Assembly (NCBI GenBank): GCA_951406725.2 | Contig: OX597814.1 | Coordinates: 178,808,001-178,872,000 of the forward strand | Direction of reading: 5' to 3' | DNA from: Octopus vulgaris | Taxonomy: Eukaryota | DNA length: 64,000 nt | Part shown: positions 52,467 through 64,000 of the stretch, one piece after another | How positions within the stretch are numbered: position 1 is the first letter of the stretch | How the letters are laid out: each line of letters opens with the position of its first letter | Program-made: the position numbers and the translations under genes | Notes under the pieces: generated by a model | Database searches by the model: none | Seen by the model: the letters and a program-made list of their open reading frames with translations, nothing else | What the model was told of the DNA's origin: nothing

Positions 52467-52470
<4 letters not shown>
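51834..52470 (+). mobile_element. Fold-back PLE-like terminal insertion (HHR-less family)
   Basis: Arms 51834-51938 / 52266-52370, tail 52371-52470, (TA)n flanks. Confidence 0.75.
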
Positions 52471-52525
<55 letters not shown>

Positions 52526-52585
52526 CATACATATATAGATATATAGATATATATATATATACATATGTGTGTGTGTTTGTGTATT

Positions 52586-52622
<37 letters not shown>

Positions 52623-52636
52623 GTATATTTATATGA

Positions 52637-52679
<43 letters not shown>

Positions 52680-52683
<4 letters not shown>

Positions 52684-52876
52684 CACCATGATAGATAGTT
52701 ACCCACTACAGAGATTTTTTTCTCTCCCTGTTTCTCCCCTTGTTTTATGTGTCCCTTTCCGTAGAAGAGCGTAGGCTCTAAACGTAAAATACTTTTTCTG
52801 TTCTGAGCGTTATACTAATACATCTGTGTGTTTTGTACACCACCTGTCTTCGTTTATTGTTTTTTCGTAAACTCTC

Positions 52877-52878
<2 letters not shown>
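52680..52878 (+). mobile_element. PLE terminus with degenerate hammerhead
   Basis: ttt ccgtaga agagc gtag gctc taaacgtaaaa at about 52756-52790, followed by ctgagcgt as in the 57.7 kb family. Confidence 0.6.
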
Positions 52879-52913
<35 letters not shown>

Positions 52914-52944
52914 AGATATATTCATTTATATTTATATACATACA

Positions 52945-53003
<59 letters not shown>

Positions 53004-53018
53004 ATATATATATATATA

Positions 53019-53055
<37 letters not shown>

Positions 53056-53119
53056 ACATATATATGTGCGTATATATACATGTGTGTGTTTGCGTGTGTG
53101 CGTGTGTATGTGTGTGTAC

Positions 53120-53250
53120 CCTCACCATCGCCTGACAGCCGATGCTGCTGTATTTACATCCCTGTAACTTAGCCGTTTAGGAAAACACACCGATAGACTA
53201 AGTACTAGGCTTACAAAGAATAAATCCTGGGGTGGACTTCTTCGACTATA
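53120..53250 (+). mobile_element. SINE family B, 3' half
   Basis: catcgcctgacagccgatgctg...taagtactaggcttacaaagaataaatcctgggg. Confidence 0.8.
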
Positions 53251-53833
53251 AGTGTTGAGTAAGTGTTATAGATAGACCATTGTTAAGTTCCAAGTGCGTT
53301 GATTTGCGAATATGGGGTTCAACGTTGGTCATATGTCAGCGTGTGTATATAAATGAAGGATAATGCACAAAATTTATATATTTCCAATATATTTTAAGTG
53401 ATAGAATGTTATGGTTTTCTACCGATTACGCAATTCACAAATCATGATATTGAAATTGATGAAAATTTTGCAGTTTCGTATTTTCTTAAGCAGATTTTAG
53501 TCAAATTTGCTTGTATGAAAGTTTGTTTGTAAATGAACCAACCCGTAGAAATATCACCGATTACATCATCTTAGATCATTCTACGTGATGGTTCATTTAA
53601 AATCTCTCGTTGAAGCCAGATGGACTAAAGAAAATATGAAAGTGCAATATTTTAAACAGACTAAGTAGCATGATTAGCGAATCGTGAAACTGGCATACTA
53701 TCATATTACTCTATCCTTTAAAATGTATTTGAAATATTAAAAAATGTGTGCATTCCTCTTTTTTTGCTACATATTTTTTCAATACAACTGACCACGTGAA
53801 GAAAGTCTCTTCAACAATTTTTTAAAACTAAAC

Positions 53834-53911
<78 letters not shown>

Positions 53912-54221
53912 GTTTAACAATTAAGGATAACCTCTTAATAAGGGATCTTAACAAGAAATTATCGGGTAGTTAGCGTGAAAACCTCATAAAAGAAAAGAAT
54001 TCGAAAATATTTTTTTCTTCTGAACAAATTAATTATATCTATATTGTATAGAGGGCATTATTACACATAAATGCCTCACACTAAGAGGGACAAAGTCATT
54101 ACTACCAAAATTATACTAATCATACCTAAATGCAGTTTAGGTATGATTAGTATAATTTTGGTAGTAATGACTTTGTCCCTCTTAGTGTGAGGCATTTATG
54201 TGTAATAATGCCCTCTATACA

Positions 54222-54225
<4 letters not shown>
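53912..54225 (-). mobile_element. Fold-back PLE-like terminus containing a perfect 90-bp-arm palindrome
   Basis: Arms 54041-54130 / 54136-54225, 5-nt spacer tgcag; tail 53912-54040; (TA)n flanks. Confidence 0.8.
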
Positions 54226-54253
<28 letters not shown>

Positions 54254-54983
54254 CGTCATCATCATCATGGCTCGGCTTCGCGAACGAAGATCAGGAAGGC
54301 TGTCCACGTCGCGTGCATGCACGCTCATGACTGACAAGTCCGATATGGGAAAGACAGGTCTGTGAGCAGTGTCCACAGACGATGGTAACATCCGGTGTTG
54401 TGTCAGAGGCGGCTCGCGCCTTCCTCCTGCGTCTCTTGTCTTTCAGTGCGTCTCTTCTTTGTTCCTCAAACTTGCTGGCTGCGTTGAAGATCGTGTGGCG
54501 CCAGACATCACAGTCTGCATTGGTGGTTAATTTGACATGCTGTTAAAGACTTCTTGAGGCAGTTTTTGTAGCTCTTCCTCGAAGCTCCTCTCACTCGGTG
54601 GCCGGTGGAAAGTTCTCCAAACAGGGCAATCTTAGGAAGGCGATGGCTCTCCATTCTGGAGACATGCCCTGCCCATCAGAGGTGGTACTTAAGTAGCATG
54701 GCTTCAGTGCTGGGGATCTCGACCCGCTCCAAGACTTCAAGTGTTTGTGACGAAGTCACTCCAGTGACTGTTGAGGATGGTGCGGAGACATCGCTGGTGG
54801 AAGCGCTCGAGGAGACAGATGTGACTGCGGTAAGTGATCCAAGTCTCAATCTCTGAGCCGTAGCGAAGAGTGGTGAAAAATCACGGCCCTGTAGACACTG
54901 ATCTTTGTTTTGTTCTTCGGGTTATTATTGTGCCAAACACGTTTGTACAATCTGCCAAAGGACCTATTTGCCTTAGAGAGTCT
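54254..54983 (-). mobile_element. RTE (BovB-like) LINE 3' fragment
   Basis: Minus strand: RLSKANRSFGRLYKRVW, MESHRLPKIALFGELSTGHRVRGA, CGHCSQTCLSHIGLVSHERAC, 3' end atcttcgttcgcgaagccgagcca(tga)n. Confidence 0.9.
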
Positions 54984-54996
54984 ATATGTATACATA

Positions 54997-55508
54997 ATAG
55001 CAGTATCGCCCGGCGTTGCTCGGGTTTGTAAGGGAAATAACTATGTAAGCATTTTTAGAGAGTTACTTCCCTTATAGGTGCCAATTCGGGCTTTCTTAGC
55101 CATTTCTGTTTCGGTGTCTTCAAGCCATGAGGTCGTTGTTCTAAAAGAACGCTGGTCTCCTTGACAACGCTTTACGACGTTGATTTCCTTACACTCCCTT
55201 CCCCACAGCTTCACAAGGGAGGGAAGAAGGGGAGAAGCAAACAGGTGCAGGTGTGACCATGGACGCCAACTCCGCCACCATCGACACATGAAAAATTATG
55301 CATTAAAATGGAATAAAAAATAATGTTAAATTATTTTTAAAATCGTAGACTCATCGTAGACGCGCGCTAATACTCAGACGGGCTCGATATGAATCACGAC
55401 TATTAGATACCCGAATTTGGTTAAACTGCACCGCAAAATGTGGGAGTAGTTAGGAATCTAAATCGAAGGGGACAGACACTCACACAACTACAGTTTTATA
55501 TATATAGA
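54997..55508 (-). mobile_element. Non-autonomous Helitron, copy 2
   Basis: Same termini and hairpin as 24863-25259, different internal segment. Confidence 0.85.
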
Positions 55509-55889
55509 TATACTTTTATTCTTTTGCTTGCTTTAACCATTTCACTACTGCCATCATAGAACACCACCTTAGACAATAAATTTATGTTGTATAGAATTAT
55601 AAAATAAGTTTTGTAGATGACAAAGTCTCCATGTTCTATATCCTTATGGTTATTGTGAATATATACTCCACACAATATTAATGTCCAGAGAAGCGATCAC
55701 GGAATTAGGCATCGGTGGAATTTACAGAGTAACTGACAACTAATTGTTGTCATAGACATTGCATACTGATCAATGCGTTTAGTCATGATCTGGAACATAA
55801 CCGAGCTACCGCCATATCCGCCTGGGTGATATATCTCTCTAAACTCACATTTATAAATATTTATATATATATTTATATATATTTTTCAT

Positions 55890-56220
55890 TTTCATTTTTA
55901 GCCGAATGAATCGATCACTGTACATATTTTTTAAACGGCTGGTACTTATTATATATATCTCCTTTGCCAAACCGCTATGTTACAGGAATGTAAACATACA
56001 AACACCGGCTATTAAATGATGAATGGGGAGGTTGACAAACACAGACACACACACTCAAATATATATACGAAAGTATTATTTCAGTTTCCACCTACCAAAT
56101 CCACTCACAAAGCAATGGTCCACTCGAGGCCATAATAGAAGACAATTGTCCAAGTCGACATGCAGTGAGACTGAACCCGGAACCATGTACTTGGGAAGCA
56201 AGCATCTCACCACACTGCCA
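55890..56220 (-). mobile_element. SINE family B, diverged
   Basis: Reverse complement of the family B head, core and 3' half. Confidence 0.8.
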
Positions 56221-57304
56221 ATATGTATGTAACAGCCACGTGTGTATAAAAACAAACATTTGTTTTTTAAAAGCGTCGAACTTGTATATTGAGATAGAGA
56301 CAAAAAAAGTAATATTTCGAACACAGTATCTTTGTTAAAACAGCAAGAAAATTTAGTATTATTACCCTTACAAGGTGTGAAAAGTTGTCAACAAACATCG
56401 TTACATTTATATAGGAGACCGAACTAAAATAACTCACTATCATATGTTACTATATCGAACAGTGACAAGTATTTAAACAAAAATAAAAGAATAATAATAA
56501 AAGAATAATAAAATCATATTAAATACAATACAATAGGCTCCCTTCATTTACTGAAATTGTCAGTTTTCTAGAAGGATAGAAAACGATGTGTCCCGCGGCG
56601 CTAAAGGGGCTATAGTAGGAGATATTTGTCCAAAGTGATACGCGGCTTGATTGATTTTGAAAATACACGACGGTGACAATCTTTTCACCCTCACAATAAT
56701 GGCTGTGCCGAAACACACACACTCACACACACACATACACACACACACACACAGACACACACACACAGCTATATATTGCTTAACAGTTTGTTTTGATTAT
56801 TTTTTGGATTAACCAATATGGAGTAAATAATTCTATGAATAAACGATTAAAGTATGTTGCTATTTAATTAACGAAAAACATAATCGTTTGTTGTTTTGGA
56901 GTGAAATTATATTCTCTTTCTTTTTCGTATTTCTGAGTTTAGTTTTTCTCGGTATTTCAAATCTACTTTAATTGCTATTTCTAGATTTTAAAACTAATAT
57001 TGCAGCAATTAAATAATTACTTCGGGATGAAAAAGAAGTATGATTTTTTTAATGGAATTTTAGATGTAAACCACTCTAATCGAGGTAGGATGAAATAAAT
57101 TGGTATTAATAAACCAAATCACTATTTAAATAGTGTGTTTTTTTTTAGTGTTAGTGATGCAGTAATATATGCATAAGTACTTATGTATATGTTTGTATGT
57201 TGAATATAAGTATATGTCTGTTTGTTTGTCTGTCTGTCTCTCTATATCTATGTGCTTGCGTGCGTATGTGTGTATTTGAGTGTGTATGTACATATATGTA
57301 CATG

Positions 57305-57393
<89 letters not shown>

Positions 57394-57394
57394 T

Positions 57395-57572
57395 CCTTTT
57401 TCTTTTATTTGTTTCTGCCAATTGACTGCAGCCATGCTGGAGCACAGCCTATAGTCGAACAAATCGACTCCAGGACTTATTCTTTATAAGCCTATTACTT
57501 ATTCTATCGGTCTCTTTTGCCGAACCGGCCACAACGGTTGTCAAGCGATGGTAGGGGACAAACACAGAGGCA
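57395..57572 (-). mobile_element. SINE family B, 3' half
   Basis: gactgcagccatgctggagcac...tattctatcggtctcttttgccgaacc. Confidence 0.85.
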
Positions 57573-57594
57573 CAAAATGCACACAGAGAAACAC

Positions 57595-57673
<79 letters not shown>

Positions 57674-57755
57674 ATCCAAACATGAAAACACAACAACACG
57701 AGGACGTGGAACAAGTATAGTATTATTGGACGCTCAGGAAAGAAAGAAAAAGGCG

Positions 57756-57791
57756 GCTCTAACGTTTCGAGCGGAGCTCTTCGTCAGAAAC
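57756..57791 (-). ncRNA. Minimal hammerhead ribozyme in a PLE terminus (57670-57830)
   Basis: Minus strand: guuu CUGACGA a gagc-ucc-gcuc GAAA cgu UA gagc; palindromic AACGUU at stem III. Confidence 0.75.
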
Positions 57792-57829
57792 ATAGGAAAA
57801 GGAAAGATCCAAAGAAGGGAAGACGGAGG

Positions 57830-57873
<44 letters not shown>

Positions 57874-57914
57874 CCACACACATAATATCTACATAGGTGT
57901 GTGAATGAGTGTAT

Positions 57915-58120
57915 CTTTTTGGTTGTCCCTCGCCACTGACCGATTCACAACCAGTATAGATGACTTTATGTCCCATTAGCTTAGGGTTTCGTCAAAAGAA
58001 ATGACAGAATAAGTACAAAGTTTAAAAAAAAAATAATATACTGGACTCTAGTCGTTCAACTAATGAGGGTGAGCAACGTGGCGCCAGGCTAATGGCGGAA
58101 ACATGTCAAAAAGGAGTAAA
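57915..58120 (+). mobile_element. SINE family B 3' half, old
   Basis: gtcccattagcttagggtttcgtcaaaagaaatgacagaataagtac resembles family B. Confidence 0.55.
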
Positions 58121-58245
58121 AAATATATATTTATCATAATTAATTTTCTAGAAAAATTGTTCTCACAGCACATCGCATGCAATCATGACGAACAGTATGT
58201 AAATATCATGCTCAAAAATCTGTTTAGGATATGACCAATATTCCA

Positions 58246-58280
<35 letters not shown>

Positions 58281-58539
58281 TGTTTGTATGTGTGTATGCG
58301 TTTGTGTGTGTATGTTTGTGCGCGTGTGTGTTGTGTGTGTGTGCGTGAGTCAGTGTGCGTGTGCATATGCGAGTGTTTGTGCATATGTGCGTGAGTGTGC
58401 CCATGTATGTAAATGCAGGTATGTATGTATGTATGTATGCATGTATATATGTATGTGCAGTCATGTATGCACGTGAGTATATATGATAGAAGTAGAGAAG
58501 TTTACCTCGCAGTAGAAGAACGTAGAGTTTGATATTTGT

Positions 58540-58900
58540 TAATATATCCGAGCAAAATTTGATATAGGTAGCTTTTGCACATGTACCAGGACCAGATTGC
58601 ATCCTGATATCACTGAATTGTTTAAAAATTGCTAGTAAGCCCTGTAGTAGTTTGTCAATTTTCGCAAAGAGCTATTATGGCTAGACAAAAGAGGAGTGGT
58701 GATAGAGACTCACCCTGGAAAATGCCAAATGAAATTCTTACATCTCCAGCATTGAAATATTCATTGTGACTGTTAAAAGCATATTGTTAAAAGCATATTG
58801 CGTAAACTACTGTCTCTTTGAGGTCCTTGTTGTGGCTTGGCATACAGTATAAACCCCGTTAGACACAATATCTTCAATAACCAGCATCACCATATTGGAA
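58540..58900 (-). mobile_element. R4/Dong-type RT fragment
   Basis: Minus strand: FGIFQGESLSPLLFCLAI and DIRMQSGPGTCAKA. Confidence 0.75.
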
Positions 58901-58928
58901 ACTGCGCGATGTTTTCAATAAAAATTAA

Positions 58929-58984
<56 letters not shown>

Positions 58985-59133
58985 AGCGGAAAAGTAATGG
59001 ACGAAAGGAGAAGGCAAAAATCCTCTGGGACATTGATTTCCAGATAAAGTGCAGGCTGTTACAGGGAATACTTGTTTTCTAACTAGCATGCTGTTCTTAC
59101 TCAGTGCACACAAGTTCTCAGCTATTCCAGACA

Positions 59134-59314
<181 letters not shown>

Positions 59315-59394
59315 AAGCTGTATTATTTAGCAGTGACGTTGACATGATGTTTGGTGACACGTCACATCATATCCAAAGAATATTACCTAGGATT

Positions 59395-59965
59395 TTTGCC
59401 GAATATAATATTGTTCCTTTCAGCAGATCGACAATGTGGCTTTGCATTATTCTTCATTCTCATACGTAGCATTTTGTACCTATGAAACAAATTACCATCA
59501 GAATAATTGTCGCTTTCATCTTCTTTGATCTCTTCTTTTTCTGGTTTAATCATGATACGTCTCAATTTCTTCAGTTTGTTTTGTATTCACATTGTTATAG
59601 TATAATATTTGGAAGTTTACGATCGTATTCTGTTTTTGTATGTTCGACACCTTTATCCGCTTTCCTTGCTTAATTATAATGTTCACAGTGTATGTGAAAG
59701 GCCGATAAAATTCTATAATTCTTACTCTGCAGCAAAACACCTGTCCATGTTCATAGAATATTTCCGTTATTTCGAAGCAACACACTCGGTTAGCATTCTG
59801 TGCACTCTTTTATCTACAGAGTCATGCCAACGCTTTTACTCTTTTTTGTGCTACATTACTGCATTCATTCAAGATTCGATTAATTCTTTCGTCTCGTTTC
59901 CTGCAGATTCTGTATCTTTCTCCATCTTTGCCTATATCAGATTCGTCCGAAGAGGTAGTCACTGA
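59395..59965 (-). mobile_element. R4/Dong-type zinc knuckle/RLE fragment, decayed
   Basis: LRTNLI*AK, YRICRKRDERINRILNECSNVAQK, KRWHD. Confidence 0.75.
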
Positions 59966-60002
59966 GCGGCTAAAATTAGGTAGCAGCAGTAACAACAACA
60001 AC

Positions 60003-60100
<98 letters not shown>

Positions 60101-62936
60101 CAACAGTATTTTGAAATCGGTCTTTTGACCAAGAGGGAACATTCACCGGTTTTAATATAACTACCTTATGACGTAAATAATTTTTTTTTAAGTGGTCGGA
60201 TTGTCATTCAATCCAACCAGCACCAGATATAATTTGTTTTTGTTCAATTGCTGAAGTTGGATATAATTAGGTTTTTAGATTAAAGTTAGTTAAATGCTTA
60301 TAATATAAATTAATTTTGAGGTATTGAGCTAATTCCGAGCTGTTGGCATCATAAGTAATATCCACTTTAAACATTACAAGGAAAGCTCACTAAATGTGCG
60401 AAAATGATAGTTGTTTTCACCGAATATGCGGTCACTTGTAAAATATCAGTTACCATTTTGATACTGACTATGTCATTTGTTAATATCGGTCAAAAATTTC
60501 GATTATATGCAACGACTGTTTAGAAATATGATCCATATTTACGTCAAGGATAATAAACATATAATTGTGCGTGCAAGGTGAAAGAGTACGTGAGAGAGTG
60601 TGTGCACATGTGTATGTGTGTGTACATGTGTGTGGGTGTGTGTTTGTGTGCCTGTGTGCATGTGTGCGAGAGAGAGAGAGACATAGAGAGAGTGTGTAAG
60701 AGGTTATGTGTGCAAGTTGAAAGATAGAGAGTTTATGAGTGCATTTTAAAAGAGAGAGAGAGCATATGAGGTAGTAAGCTTGGAAGATAAATTTGCAGGT
60801 TAATTTCTTGACCTCATAATTCAAATCACCATTGATTTCCCATTTCAAGATCTGCATTAAAAAATAATAAATGTAACAGTAGGATTCATTATTCTATGTC
60901 TTCTATTTCATGCTGCATCAAAATAGAAAAAGTCGACACCTAAATTTCAGAACTTCTTCCCTTCCTCATGAGAAATAGATCTCGAAGAAGATTCTTTCAA
61001 CACAGTTATCTCCTTGACGAATTAAGAGATTTTGTGATTCCCCATTAATGCGTCTAATGATTTCAAGAAAAACATTCACCCCTCAATTCTTCAATTTTAG
61101 TCTCACTATAAATCAAAACCATGTACACATTCAAGTATATTGAACTACTCTTTACCAGAAAGTCATCTTTTTTTTTTATTAATATTTGATTATACAATGA
61201 CGCGTAGGTATGAGATATAACTTATGCAAGTGGTGCCGAAATGGGGACGCACACTTTCATGAGATCCCCGAAATTATAGCTGACATTACCAAAATAATCA
61301 TTGCACGAGGGAATTTTTAAAGCGGATGACAGAGTGTGATAAACAATAGCATACATCACGTTACGACATTATTATTATCTTGTAATACGCACAAGCTTCA
61401 ATAGTTAATGAGTTGCATGAAATATTGTGTATAACAAAAGCGGAAGTACGACGTTAATGGGACGCAAATATTGAATATCAAAATATCGAAATGAAAAAGA
61501 AAAGTAACAAGGAAAATTCCGGTAGTCTGAAAATAATGGCTCTCTTGTATATTCAAATACATAACTGTATTTTAATATTGTGGAGAATTCATTATGTACA
61601 AGTAAGTCAACATCTATTGTCTGGCCTTATATTCGAACAGTAACAGAATTCGACTTTTGTATCGGTTAAAATTGCACGAGGTTTGTTATTTGGCGTGATC
61701 GTTATTGTAATTTTTTCTCAGTCTTTATCAATCTTCTACATATAACGTTAACGGTAAATAGCTATTGACATACAGTTTCTATGGAAAATGAAAATAAGTC
61801 TCATAATGAAAGATAGGGTAATTCATAAACTTGGGAAAACAAAAAGCACAAAACTTTTACATTATTTGTCTTGCAATTTCAAATATCATATCCGTAAATA
61901 GGATAAATATAGAAATATTACTATTGTCTTACTGAATATGTTCGTACGCTGAACAATATAGCATAGGAAATACACTATATGAAAGTTAGAATGATAGATG
62001 CTTTTACATACTATTACAACCTAAAACATTTTGAAAGAGAAATACTTTCTCACATATAACGAAAGTGGCAACTGATAATCAGAATGCAATTTTTGACTTA
62101 ATGAACCCTTGCAGTATTCTGTAATATTATTTTATAAAATGTGATTATATTAGAATGTCCAGTCTATAAAATATTTCTAAACATTTCCACTGAATGCGTA
62201 TCAATCGAAAAGGGACTCCTCGATAGCGAATATAATTTTTATAAGGCTTAGTTATTTTGTTTCCACTTCCCTACGATTAAGTTATCGAACTTATAAACCC
62301 TCTATTGAAACACACAAAGAAAATGTAACCCTATACTTATCCCTGAAGAAGCAGGAAATTAATATAGTTTAAGCTTTTCATTACTACGGTACGCAACCAC
62401 TCTTATCTTGAAAGTAATCAATAGCTTCTCATCTTAAAATAAGAAACCGTTACGTAATTTATTCTGTTATAGGAACAAAGTCATTACCAAGAATCATGGT
62501 ACTACAACGACTGTTAGGTTTCAAAGGATCATCTCCTGAAATCTTTCTAAGGTTCATCTACAATTCACTTACTTTTAGCGACGACTTATTCCATTCCATA
62601 CAATTGCTTCAACTGAAGACTCTGCGTACCAATGAAGCAGAACAAGTAAAAGGAAGACTTGTCAAATTTAGATTAAGTGATACTACATTGTATAAAAGAA
62701 TAAATAGATGAAGACAAACTAGAGAGAGCGATATCTTGCAGTGTATATAAGCTGAGTGAATATATACCTGAAGCTATATGAAACATATTCATTCGTTTTT
62801 ATTCTTCCAGCATACGTATCAGGTATCTGTTCTACGGTGGATTGATAAGAAGAGCAGCAGAGTGGAAAGAAAAACAAACATTGGAAGTAGAATATGATTG
62901 TATGCACAATCATATGTATACATATGTGTATGCAAC

Positions 62937-62979
<43 letters not shown>

Positions 62980-62985
62980 ACATAT

Positions 62986-63720
62986 ATTATGGGCCCCAAC
63001 TATGCGAACCTGTTCATTGGCTACGTTGAGGCCCAGATATCCTCAAGTTTCACTGGTCCCACTCCCGAACTATACGGCCGTTATATTGACGACTGTATCG
63101 GTGCGACCTCACTCTCCCCCGAACATTTAGACTCCTTTCTCTCTTTTGTCAAACTTCTCCATCCTGCCCTTCAATTCTCCTGCACTATCTCTGACACCTC
63201 TGCATCCTTTCTTGACATTTCGATCAGCATTCATCACTCCACACTCACCCCCATCCACTACAAATACAGAGAGTCACACTCATACCTCAACTTATTTTCC
63301 ACCTACCCTAAACACAGCAAGCTTTCCACCCCTATTCCCAATTCCTCCGTCTACGCAGGCTCTGTAGTGAAGACCATGACTTTGAGACTGTCTCAAATCA
63401 TGGCACGCCACTTCATCCTACGTGGATATCCCCTCACTACTATCCACACCGCGCTTACAGGAGAACGTCCGTAGACCGTGCATCTGCTCTCTACCCCCGA
63501 ACCCGCCCCACCGTCTTCCGCCTCCCGTTTCTCTTCACCTACCATGCCACCACCCTACCTCTCCAACGCACCATTCTCCGAGCCTTCCGGCAACTCCAGT
63601 CCGAACCCCTCCACTTCTTGGTCCACAACTTCTTCCCTAACCCAACATCCCAACATTCACTCAGATCTCTGAACGTCTGACGTTAGTAACGATGGCTAGC
63701 GCACGAAACGCCTCGTGGCT
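62986..63720 (+). mobile_element. PLE RT fragment (YIDD type), 5'-truncated at (TA)n
   Basis: MGPNYANLFIGYVE...YGRYIDDCIG...LHPALQFS..ISDTSASFLDISI...SHSYL...FILRGYP; degenerate ctgacg...cgaaacg at about 63678-63710. Confidence 0.92.
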
Positions 63721-64000
63721 ATCTTGACCAAAACGTTTCTTCATTAATGTTTACCTGAAGATCAAGAAATGTTTTATATGTACTCAGTAGGATGCAAAAC
63801 TTTCTGCATTAATACAGCAACTCAATCGTTCATGGATATCTACATCAGTTGACTACAGGTTATTAAGCAAATGACATCAGTTATTGGAATCAGGTAATAT
63901 TGAAATATTAGGGAAGTGATATGAGCCAGATCACAAGTAGGCGTCTTCAAGAGCAACTGCTTAAAATGGAATTTAGAATTCACTAAATGTGGAAACCCTA

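Noticed and set aside
62576-62625. Minus-strand segment with good acceptor and donor signals
   Set aside because: Stop codons in all three frames.
62842-63474. 210-aa ORF, the longest in the track
   Set aside because: It is a chance fusion of flank, microsatellite and a truncated PLE RT that is frameshifted downstream; not a host gene or telomerase.

Overview
AT-rich, microsatellite-dense animal genomic DNA, intronic or intergenic, with one 100-N scaffold gap. The SINE families and repeat landscape point to an octopus (cephalopod) genome; this is inferred from recalled repeat sequences, not from a search. There is no intact protein-coding gene, and nearly all ORF-track entries are (TA)n/(CA)n/(TTA)n artefacts. 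Recognisable content: (i) many Penelope-like retroelements (PLEs), including one decayed near full-length RT+GIY-YIG copy (9480-12260, minus strand), several RT/EN fragments, and about 8 short fold-back insertions flanked by (TA)n; (ii) several type-I minimal hammerhead ribozymes (HHRs) in the PLE termini; (iii) R4/Dong-type, RTE and CR1/L2-type LINE fragments; (iv) two tRNA-derived SINE families, one forming head-to-tail arrays; (v) mariner remnants and non-autonomous Helitrons; (vi) weak candidate exons of a membrane protein, one of them locally duplicated. The most interesting signals are in the PLE 3' ends. In three different HHR families the unique 3' tail is complementary to the ribozyme cleavage site. 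A group of HHR-less PLE-like termini shares a covarying long-range helix (TAGYG ... YRCTA), a candidate undescribed structured-RNA motif. Coordinates were read by eye and may be off by a few bases.
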